64,000 nucleotides of DNA from Chrysomallon squamiferum (lineage: Eukaryota; Animalia; Mollusca). Below are positions 28,701-39,880 of this stretch, in pieces. The position numbers and the translations under genes were made by a program. Every line of letters begins with the position of its first letter. Position 1 is the stretch's first letter. The stretch covers positions 31,744,001 to 31,808,000 of the forward strand of contig CM022665.1 of NCBI GenBank assembly GCA_012295275.1. Reading direction: 5' to 3'. The notes under the pieces were generated by a model, which had not been told where the DNA came from, did no database searches, and was given only the letters and a program-made list of their open reading frames with translations.

Positions 28701-30565
28701 TTATTTTTCAGAGCAGTTTTTTTTTCCAGTTTTGTATGACTTAACAATGATGAGTCAGATATGTAGGCACGCCATCCTTTCCTGTTGTAAAGTAAAAAAT
28801 ACTTGATTATATATATCACAATTTAATTTTATGTAAGGTCACTGAATACTGCATTTATGTAGTGGATTTGTTTAAATTTTAAATTGATATTCAAGTGTAA
28901 GGGTCATACTGACAATAAAAGCAGCCATTATAAATGTATACTGATCAACACATACAAACAACTATAAGACTGAAAATACAAGTCTCTGTTATTATATAAT
29001 ATTGTTTTTTTGGTTCAGAACAAATTGTTGCATAGAAAAAAAAATGTATCACCTGACAGGGCCCCCTGGGGGCACTCAATACCTGATGAGTAGACATATT
29101 ACTCACATTGTCACAGGTGTTATTGGTACAAATGGCATAGCCTTTGTGATTACTACATGTTACATAATCATTACTGAAATGTTATATACTCAAGTTAAAT
29201 ATGCATCAAAAATATAATCTACAATAAAAAAATTCAAGCTGTAGATGTAAAAACCACAGACAGATAAATTAAGTTCACTTCAAATAAAATCATTAGATTT
29301 TTAAAAACAATATAAATGTATGTTATTTAATATACTTTAGTATTAGTGATATCAGTTAGCATGAAAACCTGTGGAAGCATGTATTTCTTTAATTTGTTTG
29401 TTGTACATTTAAATTTTTTATATTTTTCCAGTCAGCATCTGGACATCATTAATATCAGGTATTCTAAATTATGGATTATGTAGACATCACTACAGGTGAA
29501 ATTGCTGTAAATTCAATTTCCATTTGGGTGAAATTGCCATTCATTCATGTGCAACTAGACACTGTTTAAAACGATTATATCATTAAAACACACAAATGTG
29601 TGAATTACTTTAAAAAAAGTAAAAAAAAAAGTAAAAAGTAAAGTCTTATTATTTCCATCTTTTAGTTATTGTACATGATTTGTGTCTATCATTACCTGTG
29701 AGCTGTTTCATTTTAAATAATAATTTCAAATATCCATTTTCTTTATTACAGATGATGTTAATTAGCAATTTATACGAGCATTGTCAACAGAGAATTATTT
29801 AATCTGCTTGAGTATGATAGCCTCCAAAACTGCAGTTATGATCAAAAGTTGATAACTAAATGAATCATTGTGTATACACAATCAGACAGGACGAATAATA
29901 ATTTAGCATTTGGTCATTAGCTTTAAAGGATGCATTTGGTATAAAATGCATGTCCAAGTCATCATTTGCATTCGAATACATACATACTTCGATTCAATGG
30001 TGGTAAGTATTTTGTTCATTCATTGATGATAAAATTTATTTTGGTGTATCTGTTAATAACTCTTGTGTAGTTACGGTAAAAAATATTTTAAAATTGTATG
30101 TGTACCATCAACATTCTCCTTAGTATTATCTGAAAAACCATTATTGTAATTTGTGGTAATGTATTAACAATTTCATTTTTATAGTTAATGTCGTAATAGT
30201 CAAATTTTTCAATGACACTCTGAAACACATTATTGTAAATTTACATATGAAGTAGTCTATATCATTATCAATTATCATTATGATTAATTCAGTAACTTAA
30301 TAAATTCCATAATAAAATCTCAGGACACTGTCCTAAAAAATTAAAGAGTAGGTGGATCAAATCATCAAGCAAGCTTATCTCAATCTTTGTAACAGATATG
30401 AATCACCAATTAATTATTATTATAATTCATAATATTCTAACAGTAATAGTAATAGTAATACCCTTTCTGAAGTACAGATATTACTGGTTAGCCTACTGCT
30501 CACTGTAAAAAAACAAATATTCAGATTATATAATACAGTCATATGAAACACTTATTTCTACTTAC

Positions 30566-31000
30566 AGATGTTGTATATGGCGGACTGGACAAATCGATTT
30601 CATCTTGATAAAGCTTGTTTTGTAGAATATGTTTAAGTTGAATCTTTGGAAAAGTCAACAAAGTCGATTTTCCGACATCGTATGCTTCAGTGTCGATAAT
30701 CGGCGGAGAACTAGGTGCCGGACCCAGCTCTGCAAAAAGTGGATTTTCATCTTCGTAACCATTCTGCGTCGTATCTTCCAATGTGAAATACACAGCTGTC
30801 CCTCCTTCCTCTTTGAGAATTCTCACTGCCCGCAGTAATTTCTCCCTGTGGTCTTTTTTGGCGACACCAATCGCGTCTAAATCTGCTTCTCCTATCTGTT
30901 TGCAGACTTCCAAATCGTCATATCCATTGTCGAGAAATGACTGAGTATAATGAACAAGATTTACGGACCTTAACCATCCTTCTACAATGTTGTCTGCCAT
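30566..31000 (-). CDS. SAMD5: SAM-domain protein, SAMD5/SASH1(SKIP)-like, coding exon 1 (145 codons, phase 0 donor)
   Basis: MADNIVEGWLRSVNLVHYTQSFLDNGYDDLEVCKQIGEADLDAIGV...AVYFTLE...FPKIQLKHILQNKLYQDEIDLSSPPYTTS matches the SAMD5 N-terminal SAM domain and following motif as I recall them. GTAAGT donor (cttac 30561-30565 on +); the ORF-track tail VSRNKCFI is intron read-through. Confidence 0.92.
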
Positions 31001-31230
31001 TGCTGACGTTATTAAATTTTACATGTGCGAGTAGTACACAAAACGATGCTTACTAAACGACCCATTTTCTCACAACCACTGCCACTCGCCTACTCTCAAT
31101 AGACAGAAACCTGCAAGAAACGATGACTGAGAGATTATGCGCGCGCATCTAGTAGGCGTGACGTCAGGTTCCGCGGTCTATTTTGGTACCCATTTTCTCA
31201 AAACAAATCCACGTGTTTTTATACGTAAAC
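31001..31230 (-). promoter_or_regulatory. CpG-rich promoter/5'UTR of the SAMD5-like gene with CRE, NRF1-like palindrome and E-box
   Basis: Only CpG-dense stretch in the window (extends through exon 1). ATGCGCGCGCAT palindrome 31137-31148, TGACGTCA 31159-31166, CACGTG 31210-31215. Confidence 0.7.
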
Positions 31231-31371
31231 ATAAAATATTTGGAGATCTGGATGTATCACAAGAAAAAAGAATCTCAAGAAAAATTAAACAAAAATGCCA
31301 CATTACATTGAATCAATAATAATAATAAGTAAATAAGGATGTAATGTTAAACTGTTATTAGTAAATTTAGG

Positions 31372-31380
31372 TTATTATTA

Positions 31381-31443
<63 letters not shown>
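31372..31443. repeat. (ATT)n microsatellite
   Basis: Near-perfect ATT run. Confidence 0.9.
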
Positions 31444-31445
<2 letters not shown>

Positions 31446-33529
31446 AATGAACTATATACATATATAAACAACATCAACAATAAAAAACTGAAGCAAAAAT
31501 ATTTGTTATGATACAGTATTTGTATTTTGTTAATGATGATGATAATGATATAATTCTTAAATTGTTATTTTGTTTTTCCATGTTAATAGTAGGTAGTAGT
31601 AGTAGTACCAGCCAAACAGTAACCGAGAATTATGATAAATAAATATTTCCACACTGATTTCTACTTACAAAATTTATAATCTATTATTATTATTATTATT
31701 ATTATTATTTGTTTTTTTCTTTGTTTCCTTTTGTTTCCACTATTTTTCTCATTTTTCAGTCTGTTATGATTCCTAAATGAAGATTTAGATTTAGAATATA
31801 TATATATATATATCAGACCATTAGTAACAGTAAGCTAGGACACAGTTCTGCTGACAGTAGACAACAGTTTCGAGAGCTATACAGAGAAGAAAGTAAATTA
31901 TTTTAAAAGAGAATATTCCACAAGTGGCCTCCCCTTAACACTGGACACTGGCACAGATGTTCTTTGCTCTACCTTTCCTCTGTGTATGTTAACAAACAAA
32001 TATTTTTTATATTTTATTATTATTATTGTACTAAATGACACATTTATCATTGCTTGTAGATACACTACAGTATATTTATGTGGTGAAAACATGATGTGTC
32101 TGGAATGTATCTGTACCAAACCACTGGAGTGCTGGATTTTTCAGAATTGTGGAAACATGCTAAATATATACTTAAAATATAAAAATAAATAATAAAAAGT
32201 AAAGAATGAAACTGTACTTAACAGCTACAAACTAATCACTTTTAAAACAAAGTCTGTTTGATCTTTATTAATTTATTAAAATACCTGAATTTATTAAAAT
32301 ACCTGTACTGTGTATAATATAAAGGATAAAAATTAAACAAAGACAATTAAAGAACAAAATTTTATTTAATAAATGCAGGTACAAATTAATACATTTCTTA
32401 ATCCACTTAATATTCACAAAATACCAGCACAGTATATAGAACGAAAATTAAAGGAAAACAAATATAGAACATAATTTATTTAACTGTTACTCAGTCACCT
32501 GTACAGTTATATAATAATGATTTATTGTGAGAGAATCACCTGTATACAGCAAGAGTCTCACTTAAACTGGTGCCATGCAACAATGAGGTCAACATATGCC
32601 GAGCACCCCCTGTATTTCCCAAGGATTGTAATCATAATTTAAATATATTTCTGAATGAAGATAAACTTAAATTATTGCTATCCATTGACTTACGTCATTA
32701 AGTGTACATTTTCACTTAAAACTGATTGATGTAATAATTAATAAATTATTAGAAATGTCAACATTCTTTTTTTTTCTTTCTTTTTTTCCTTAACAATAAT
32801 AAATATAATAAATATAAACAATATAAATTTTTACAATTCAGTATCAATTTATATATAAAAATAGATATATTTTTGTTATTGTTGTTTGAAAGAAGATTTT
32901 TTTTTTTTTTAGTTTTTATATTTTCATGTCAGTGTGACATAATCATATCAACTCTGAAGTTCATTTAGATTCATGTTAAACTTTTTTGATGTGAAGTTGC
33001 CAGGAGTAATCTCCCTTATATAATATTGTGCATCATGACAAGTTAATTTTTCAAGACCTGATATTTAAAATCATAATAAAAACAAAATAAATAAATAATA
33101 TGGCAGGAAGTCATTTTATTATTAATTTCATTATGTGTTTGTAGATTTCTGGGATGATGGTGCTTATAAAAGTATAAAGCAGAGAAGCTTCCAGATGAAG
33201 ATTTTTAAAAATAAAAGTAAATATTTATTTATTAATTTAGTTATATTTTTTATTTTTTTTATTTTTTTATTTATTTGTCTTTTTTCTTTCCTTTTCTTTT
33301 TTTTTAATTATTATTATTTTTTAAACAAATCTTATTTATCTTTTTTTGTTTTTTGTTTTTGCCATATGGTTTTATTTGCCTGTTTTACTATTGGAAACAG
33401 ATTTGTGATAAAAGCTAATCCAAATATTGTATTCTTCTCTTGAATTTCCATTTATTGTGTACATCTCTCCCAATTCAGCTGAGAAATCTTATTAATAATA
33501 TTACATTTCCAGTACCAGTAAAGTATTAA

Positions 33530-33730
33530 TTTTGATTCAGAGTTACAGCTCCTGTAATTCATAATTTGAATTTACCTACATAAATAATTATATGTAGCAA
33601 TCTGTTTATCTGTCTATATTTTATATATAGTGCAATATTCATTTTGATTCAGTGTAGTAGTTCTTGTAAATCATAATTTAAACATATACACATAAACAAT
33701 TAAATCTGTTTATCGATTTATGTCTGACTA
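33530..33730. repeat. Diverged tandem duplication, ~111-bp period
   Basis: ttttgattcag...tgtaa.tcataattt...acataaa.aatta...aatctgtttatc occurs at ~33530 and ~33642. Confidence 0.7.
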
Positions 33731-34417
33731 TATTTATAGATATATTACTAGGCAGTTTTATTTTTAAATATTTCTAATGTAACTTGATTTATGTGAATGA
33801 TGGCCTGAAAATATTTCTAAATGTCTATATATTTAATTAACCTTACTTTACAGATCTGACATATATAATTAAATTAGAACTCCAGAAATATCAGTGAAAG
33901 GGTTCAAAAAATTAAATCATGAAGAAAGATTATTCATAACAATATCATAACTTTGGTGGTATATTTAGTTCACACAGCATTTTTGATTCATTAAAATTAA
34001 CCATATATGAATAGATTGTTGAATTACAAATAAATAAATAAAATTCTTGTTATTTTTTGTGTAATTACTATTTGAACCTGTGCCATCTTTTCCAAATCAA
34101 AATACATTAAATCTGGACTGAGCTGATGAAACTTGCCTGTTGTTGAACAATTCACCTCACATGAAGAATATGAAGTGAGGATTATTTTAATACTTAACAT
34201 TAACTAGATTATTATTCCATTTTATGTTCAGTGAGATTAGTACCTAATTCTTAAAAAAATATCTCTTCACTGTAATAAAAATAAAAATATTAAAATTTAT
34301 ATCAAAATATTAATTTGTTCCACAGAAGTGGGAAATGTTGTTAAAATAATGTTGAAAAAGTGCTACAGATATTTCATTAACCATGGAAAATATTTTTAAT
34401 AATATCAGAATAAAAAA

Positions 34418-34460
<43 letters not shown>

Positions 34461-34617
34461 ACACACATATATATAATTATTTTGTTTGTTGTTATTATTA
34501 TTAAAAAAAAATTATTTCTTCCATCTCATCTATTTACTTAACAAATGTCAAGCTGCATTAATTTTTTATTTTTATTTTCTTTCAATGAACTCATATCTGC
34601 AATAGTTCTGACACAAA

Positions 34618-34769
34618 TTAGCATTTACCAAATGAAAAAGCTGATATTTTGGTGCCCCAGACTGTTCCTGGTGGACAAGCAGACTTGTAAGCCACACCAT
34701 TGACACACAGGACAAAATGACCACAAGTCTTTCCAGCAATGAAGACAACTCCTAGTTTAGGACAGTCAT
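34618..34769 (-). CDS. Gene B, terminal chitin-binding type 2 (CBM14/peritrophin-A) exon
   Basis: ttttcag|AT GAC TGT. Encodes DCPKLGVVFIAGKTCGHFVLCVNGVAYKSACPPGTVWGTKISAFSFGKC*, aligning with the last domain of gene A; fifth Cys replaced by Phe. Confidence 0.72.
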
Positions 34770-35109
34770 CTGAAAAGGATGATAGTAAGCAATAAATGCC
34801 TATAATAAACACCATCTTCAGCTCTATATGAATCACTGACAAAGATTTTCTTTATTTATATTACTGATTTCTACAAATAGATCATTCTACAATTTTAATA
34901 ATTTTGGACTGTTTAATTTATAATTACTTAAGTATATTAAAATTATCGTTTAATATTAAGAAAATGAAATGGAACACTGGGGTATGTGTGTATGTACATA
35001 TGTCCATGTGTATATTATGAAATTATTAAAAAATTTCTGATCATGATCATGTTTGCTATTAACATGTTTTACACTCGGTCTAATTTTTCTATGTTCATTA
35101 ACTACTAAC

Positions 35110-35301
35110 AACCACATTTCTCTGTATTACAAGGAACATCTTCCACTTCAGTTGTTTCTCCTTCACATGACTTTCCAACATTTTTAGAAGCAGGATTATC
35201 ACATGTTCTGTTTCTTGACTGCTTTTTGTATCCTGTTCCACAGAGTTTTGAACATTCAGTAACATTCTTCCATTGCAACCAAGTACTCCAACCACCATCA
35301 A
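35110..35301 (-). CDS. Gene B, TSP1 exon 3 (192 nt, phase 1-1)
   Basis: taacag|TT GAT GGT...GGT T|gttagt. Encodes IDGGWSTWLQWKNVTECSKLCGTGYKKQSRNRTCDNPASKNVGKSCEGETTEVEDVPCNTEKCG; same length as the TSP1 exon of gene A. Confidence 0.75.
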
Positions 35302-35519
35302 CTGTTAATAATATAAATTTTTATTTATATCTGAACACTGCATTGAAAACAAATGAAATTAAAATTTAGATGTAAAGTATTGTTGATTTCCAGTTCAGTC
35401 TATTTCATTATGTATTTATTTTTAGAGAGCTAATCATAAAAAAAAATCTTAATGGCAGTTAAGTGATGGCAAAAATAATACTTTGATTTTAACTGGATTT
35501 TAAGTGTTTATTAAATTAC

Positions 35520-35697
35520 TTGGACATGCTTGCAGATTACAGCTGTATATTTCGTTTTCAGTGTTAGATCCATTGCACCAATGTCCACCACAGGCAGGCA
35601 CTGGATTAGTGCAAGTTCTGCTCTTGATTCCCACATGAATTCCACCTCCACAACTTTTGCTGCATTCATCGTATGACCAACCTGACCAAGATGCCCA
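35520..35697 (-). CDS. Gene B, TSP1 exon 2 (phase 0-1)
   Basis: ttgcag|TGG...CCA A|gtaatt. Encodes WASWSGWSYDECSKSCGGGIHVGIKSRTCTNPVPACGGHWCNGSNTENEIYSCNLQACP (WxxWxxW, CSxSCG, RxRxC pattern), open frame. Confidence 0.7.
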
Positions 35698-35789
35698 CTG
35701 CAAAATAAATAGTATAATAGAATATACAAGTGAAGAACCAGATGAAGCCAAGAAAAGACTACTCTGTTGACAGCTAATTTTAGGCTTGC

Positions 35790-36220
35790 TTATTTTATTA
35801 CTTATATGTTTACATAGATTCTGATGTACTAATTCATATATGAACTTGCCTGCTTATATATTTAGTTATATATTTATTTAACAATTATTTAACAATTAAT
35901 CCTTACATACGTATTTAGATATATATTTACATACTGTCATATCTGTTTATCTACTTACATATTTATATACTAATTTATACTTTTACTTAGATATTTCCTT
36001 ACATTCATAGTTACACATTTATTTATTTGCTTTCATACATGCTTGCTTACATATTTACAAATATACTTGCATACATACATACATACATACAAAATTTCAT
36101 ACTTTCTTAGATAACTTCTAACTTACATATTTACTGGTATATTTACATTCTTACTTTCATATTTATTTACATACATATATACTTTCATACTTTCTTGCAT
36201 ATCTTCCTACTTACATACTT
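35790..36220. repeat. Degenerate (TACA/CTTA)n low-complexity tract
   Basis: Repeated acttacatattt/catacatac motifs. Confidence 0.65.
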
Positions 36221-36247
36221 AGCAAATATTCTGTTTCAGGAATGTAG

Positions 36248-36429
36248 CTGGACATTGTTGTTGGTTACATGCAGATAACCGACTGTCAGAAGATCCTCAA
36301 CACCATGAGCAGGTGATGGATTACTGCAGCTTCTGCTTCAAGTATACGTTTTAACACCTCCTCCACAAGTTCTACTACACTGATTGTGCTCACTCCATGT
36401 ACTCCATGATGACCACCCACCATTCACAG
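36248..36429 (-). pseudogene. Dead TSP1 exon of gene B
   Basis: [42 protein letters not shown] [frameshifting deletion] C*GSSDSRLSACNQQQCP. TGA at 36338-36340 and 36297-36299; GT donor lost. Confidence 0.85.
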
Positions 36430-36456
36430 CTAACATGAAATAAATTATATTATAAT

Positions 36457-36760
36457 TCTATTAAAATTTTATTAAATATATTCTGTTAAATTTCTATAAT
36501 ATGTGTATTAAATACGTTTTATTAAATATACTGTTAAAATTTGTATTAAATATTTCTATTAGATTTGTGTTAAATACATTTTATTATATGTATTAAATAT
36601 ACTGTTAAAACCTGTATTAAATACATTTTATTACCTTTGTATTAAATACATTTTTATTAGATTTGTATTAAGTACATTTTATTAGATTTGTATCAAATGC
36701 ATTCTACTAATTTGGTATTAGAGGAATTCTATTAAAATTGTATTAAATACATTTTATTGT
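36457..36760. repeat. AT-rich minisatellite (~25-bp unit, tgtattaaatacattttattagatt-like)
   Basis: About 10 degenerate tandem copies visible in a gene B intron. Confidence 0.75.
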
Positions 36761-37024
36761 GTCAGATTTGTAAGGGATTTATGTATTCTGTAAATAAAAT
36801 CATTCTCTTCAGATGTTTACAAAATTATTAAATTAAAGTCATATAGACATGATAGAAATAGTTTAATAAATTTGTTTTTGCTTCAGTCATATTTATGCAT
36901 GCACATAATATAATGTAAATAAATATATATAATTATAAATACACATGTAAATAAATTTGTACAAACATACATATGTAAATACATTCGTACAAACATATAC
37001 ATATGCACACAAACATGATTGCAG

Positions 37025-37099
37025 TGAATGAATGGACAAATATTTAACGTCACCCCAGCACAACAAACATATTGGCTATTGGGTATCAAACAAAGGTAA
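37025..37099 (+). mobile_element. Short interspersed repeat fragment (copy 1)
   Basis: tttaacgtcaccccagcacaacaaacatattggctattgggt matches the reverse complement of 50420-50478 and partly 39350-39380. Confidence 0.65.
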
Positions 37100-37343
37100 A
37101 TATAACAAAATGGTAATGAATGCATGCGTGCAGTCACACACACTCAAACAAATATACAAATACACATTCATACATGCATTTTTATTTACGTATGAATACA
37201 TAGGAAAACACGTAATTATACATACATACCTACACATGCACACATACAAATATAAACATACACACACCCTTTATATTTATAATTCCTATCTTATTACCTC
37301 AATGCCACCTGAACTGAATCTGAAACTGAAACCATCTCCTTAC

Positions 37344-37412
37344 CCTGAACCATCCCCATGAATTGCAGGATACCACCAGTGTTAATATAATTAGCAGTTT
37401 TACCAAATTCAT
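37344..37412 (-). CDS. TSP1/chitin-binding gene B, signal-peptide exon (short form, phase 0 donor; long form extends to 37298 but contains TGA at 37299-37301)
   Basis: ttgttag|ATG. Encodes MNLVKLLIILTLVVSCNS-WGWFR, then AGG|GTAAGG donor. ATG sits directly after the acceptor, as in paralogue A. Confidence 0.6.
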
Positions 37413-37470
37413 CTAACAAATAAATAAATAAATAATAACAATAATATATATATGTATGTATGTATGTATG

Positions 37471-37504
<34 letters not shown>

Positions 37505-37815
37505 TGTATGTATGTATATGAATATATATATATATATTTTTTTTAATGTTTATTTTTACTAACAGTATTTCTAAAATGGATTCATTTTTTTTTTCCAAAT
37601 GTTTACTATCTGCTAATGTAATATTTCATAAAGTAATTTTAACAGTCTTTTTTTAAATAATAATAATAATTAATGTCATAATAAAATACAAACAGTTGCT
37701 TGTATAATTATTATATTTCAAAAAATGTTACAGAATATTGTCCCTGTAAAAAATATATCCAATTATAAATTTTATAATCTTTCTCCATCAGAATTCCTGA
37801 ATATTATTATTGTTG

Positions 37816-37850
<35 letters not shown>

Positions 37851-38354
37851 TATTTATTTATTAGTATTTTTTTTTTTTTATTATTGTTATTATTATTAGT
37901 ATTTTTTAATATTCATAAATTTAATCAAAATAAATTTGAAACAGAATATTCATCTCTACCTACCTTTCAGTTCTTGTATGAAAGTATCAGTCTAGCTTTT
38001 TATGTAACTGACCTGTTATGTTACTGTTACTTCCACAAAAATATGAGACTGACAGTTAAATGGATTGTCACCATCCAGAACTTTTCATGATGTCTGTTAC
38101 CAGGTTAATATCTTTGAGTATGATCAGAAAAAAAATATCTGCTATCCGGTAACAGAGAGGATGAAAAATTCTTCAAGTTGACATCCCAACAGTGAATCTC
38201 AGAAAGTAATATATATATATAAAAGAACAACAACAACATAAAAAAAATAATAATGATAATAATAACAACAACAACTGCAAAAAAAATTACCATGATGATA
38301 AAAGAAATAAACTTTGCACTTTCTCATAGACAGCAAAGATCAAATCATGATCTT

Positions 38355-38525
38355 AATAATAATAATAATAATAATAATAACAATAATAATAATAATAATA
38401 GCAATAGTAGTGGTAGTAGTAGTAATAGTAGTAATAGTAGTAGTTATAATAATAACAACAACAAAAACAATAACAACAACTAATAAAAACATTATTAATA
38501 ATAATAATAATGATGAAGATGATAA
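38355..38525. repeat. Compound (AAT/AGT/AAC)n microsatellite
   Basis: Direct inspection; source of the poly-N/I/Y ORFs in the track. Confidence 0.9.
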
Positions 38526-38638
38526 TATATATTGTGATTGTTCTGTTTTTCATTAAAAAGCCTTATGTTTTGACATTCATCTTTACATACTGTCTATCAT
38601 AGAAAATGTTAACAGAAAGATATAAATAACTTTATTCC

Positions 38639-38669
<31 letters not shown>

Positions 38670-39003
38670 ACATTTCATTAACTTACACTAATGTGAGTAA
38701 ATATTTAAAAACAATTTAAATCATTATCCTCAGTATCAACACCATCATTGTCATCTAAAAAACAACAAAATGGCTTTGAAAATCACAGGAAATGTCACAT
38801 TATTATTCTTCTTTTTGTTTTCTTTTTTTTTGCATTCTAGCATAATTTACATCATAAAGAATGATGTTGTGTTTTTATTTACCTTCAAAGAACATAATAC
38901 ATCTTTTTATAAATTACTTAGTTGTGTTGTAAGTAAATATTCCATGCATGGGTACTAATATTTGAAAATATGTAAAACAACCCAAATACATCCAAAACTT
39001 TAA

Positions 39004-39040
<37 letters not shown>

Positions 39041-39189
39041 AATGATAACTAAAATGTGCTGTTTTACTGACCAACATTTACTTGTTTCATACTTGTGTTA
39101 CAGAGAAAGAAAAAGAAAAAGAAATGAATGTTTAATAACAAACAAAAATATTTTTCTCTTAATTCTTTATTAGACATCAGATATAAATT

Positions 39190-39880
39190 TATTACTATTC
39201 TTACAAATTAACAGAAAGCTATCCTTTTAATGCACCATTCCTAAAACAGGATACCACATACCACAGTCTTTGAAAAGCCAGTTGTAAGACATCACTTATC
39301 AATTTATATATAAAGGCAGAAAAATATTTATATATATATATATATACATACCCAATAGCCAGTTATTTTTGTGCTAAACAAAGAAACAAATCCGTATATA
39401 CTCATTTATATTAGCAGCAAGGACCCTTTTTCATCCTTTACCATAAAGACTAGACACCATATACCATGGCCATTGATAAACCAGTCATGACGCAATGACT
39501 TGTATGGGACTACACTTACAGTTTATCAGAAGATATCATTTGTATGTGCCACCCCATGGACCAAATACAACCTGTCAACCATAATCTTTGGTAAACCAGT
39601 CACTAGGCACTAGTTGGAACAATATACATTCTACCCACAGACTCATTTCTTCATCCCAGTCTTTGATAAACCAGTCACAGAGTATTAGTTGTAAATGAGG
39701 CTATTCTTACATATTAGCAGAAGGATATATTTTTTTTATGTGCCTGACATTGGATATGCCACAACCTTTGAAAAACTGTTTATAAAGTATTGGCTAAAAT
39801 TGGACTACTCTTATGGATTAGTAGCACAGTTTCCTTTTCATCTTCCTCCCTTACACAGGATACCACACACCATTGTTTTT
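39190..39880. repeat. Tandem array of ~6 degenerate ~100-110 bp units resembling a SINE central domain
   Basis: Recurring anchors ctactctt..attagcag, caggataccaca(t/c)acca (39248, 39856) and ttgataaaccagtca (39473, 39588 variant, 39663). Confidence 0.7.

Noticed and set aside
37964-38190. Exon-like segment upstream of the gene B ATG
   Set aside because: Has a donor but stops in the frames examined; at most a 5' UTR exon, not supportable as CDS.
36883-38556. Several ORFs rich in Y/I/H/N/C
   Set aside because: Translations of TACA, ATT and AAT microsatellites; the real coding signal here is the short minus-strand exon at 37344-37412.
39190-39880. CRISPR-like repeat-spacer array
   Set aside because: Eukaryotic context, units diverged along their whole length, spacers mutually similar, no cas genes.
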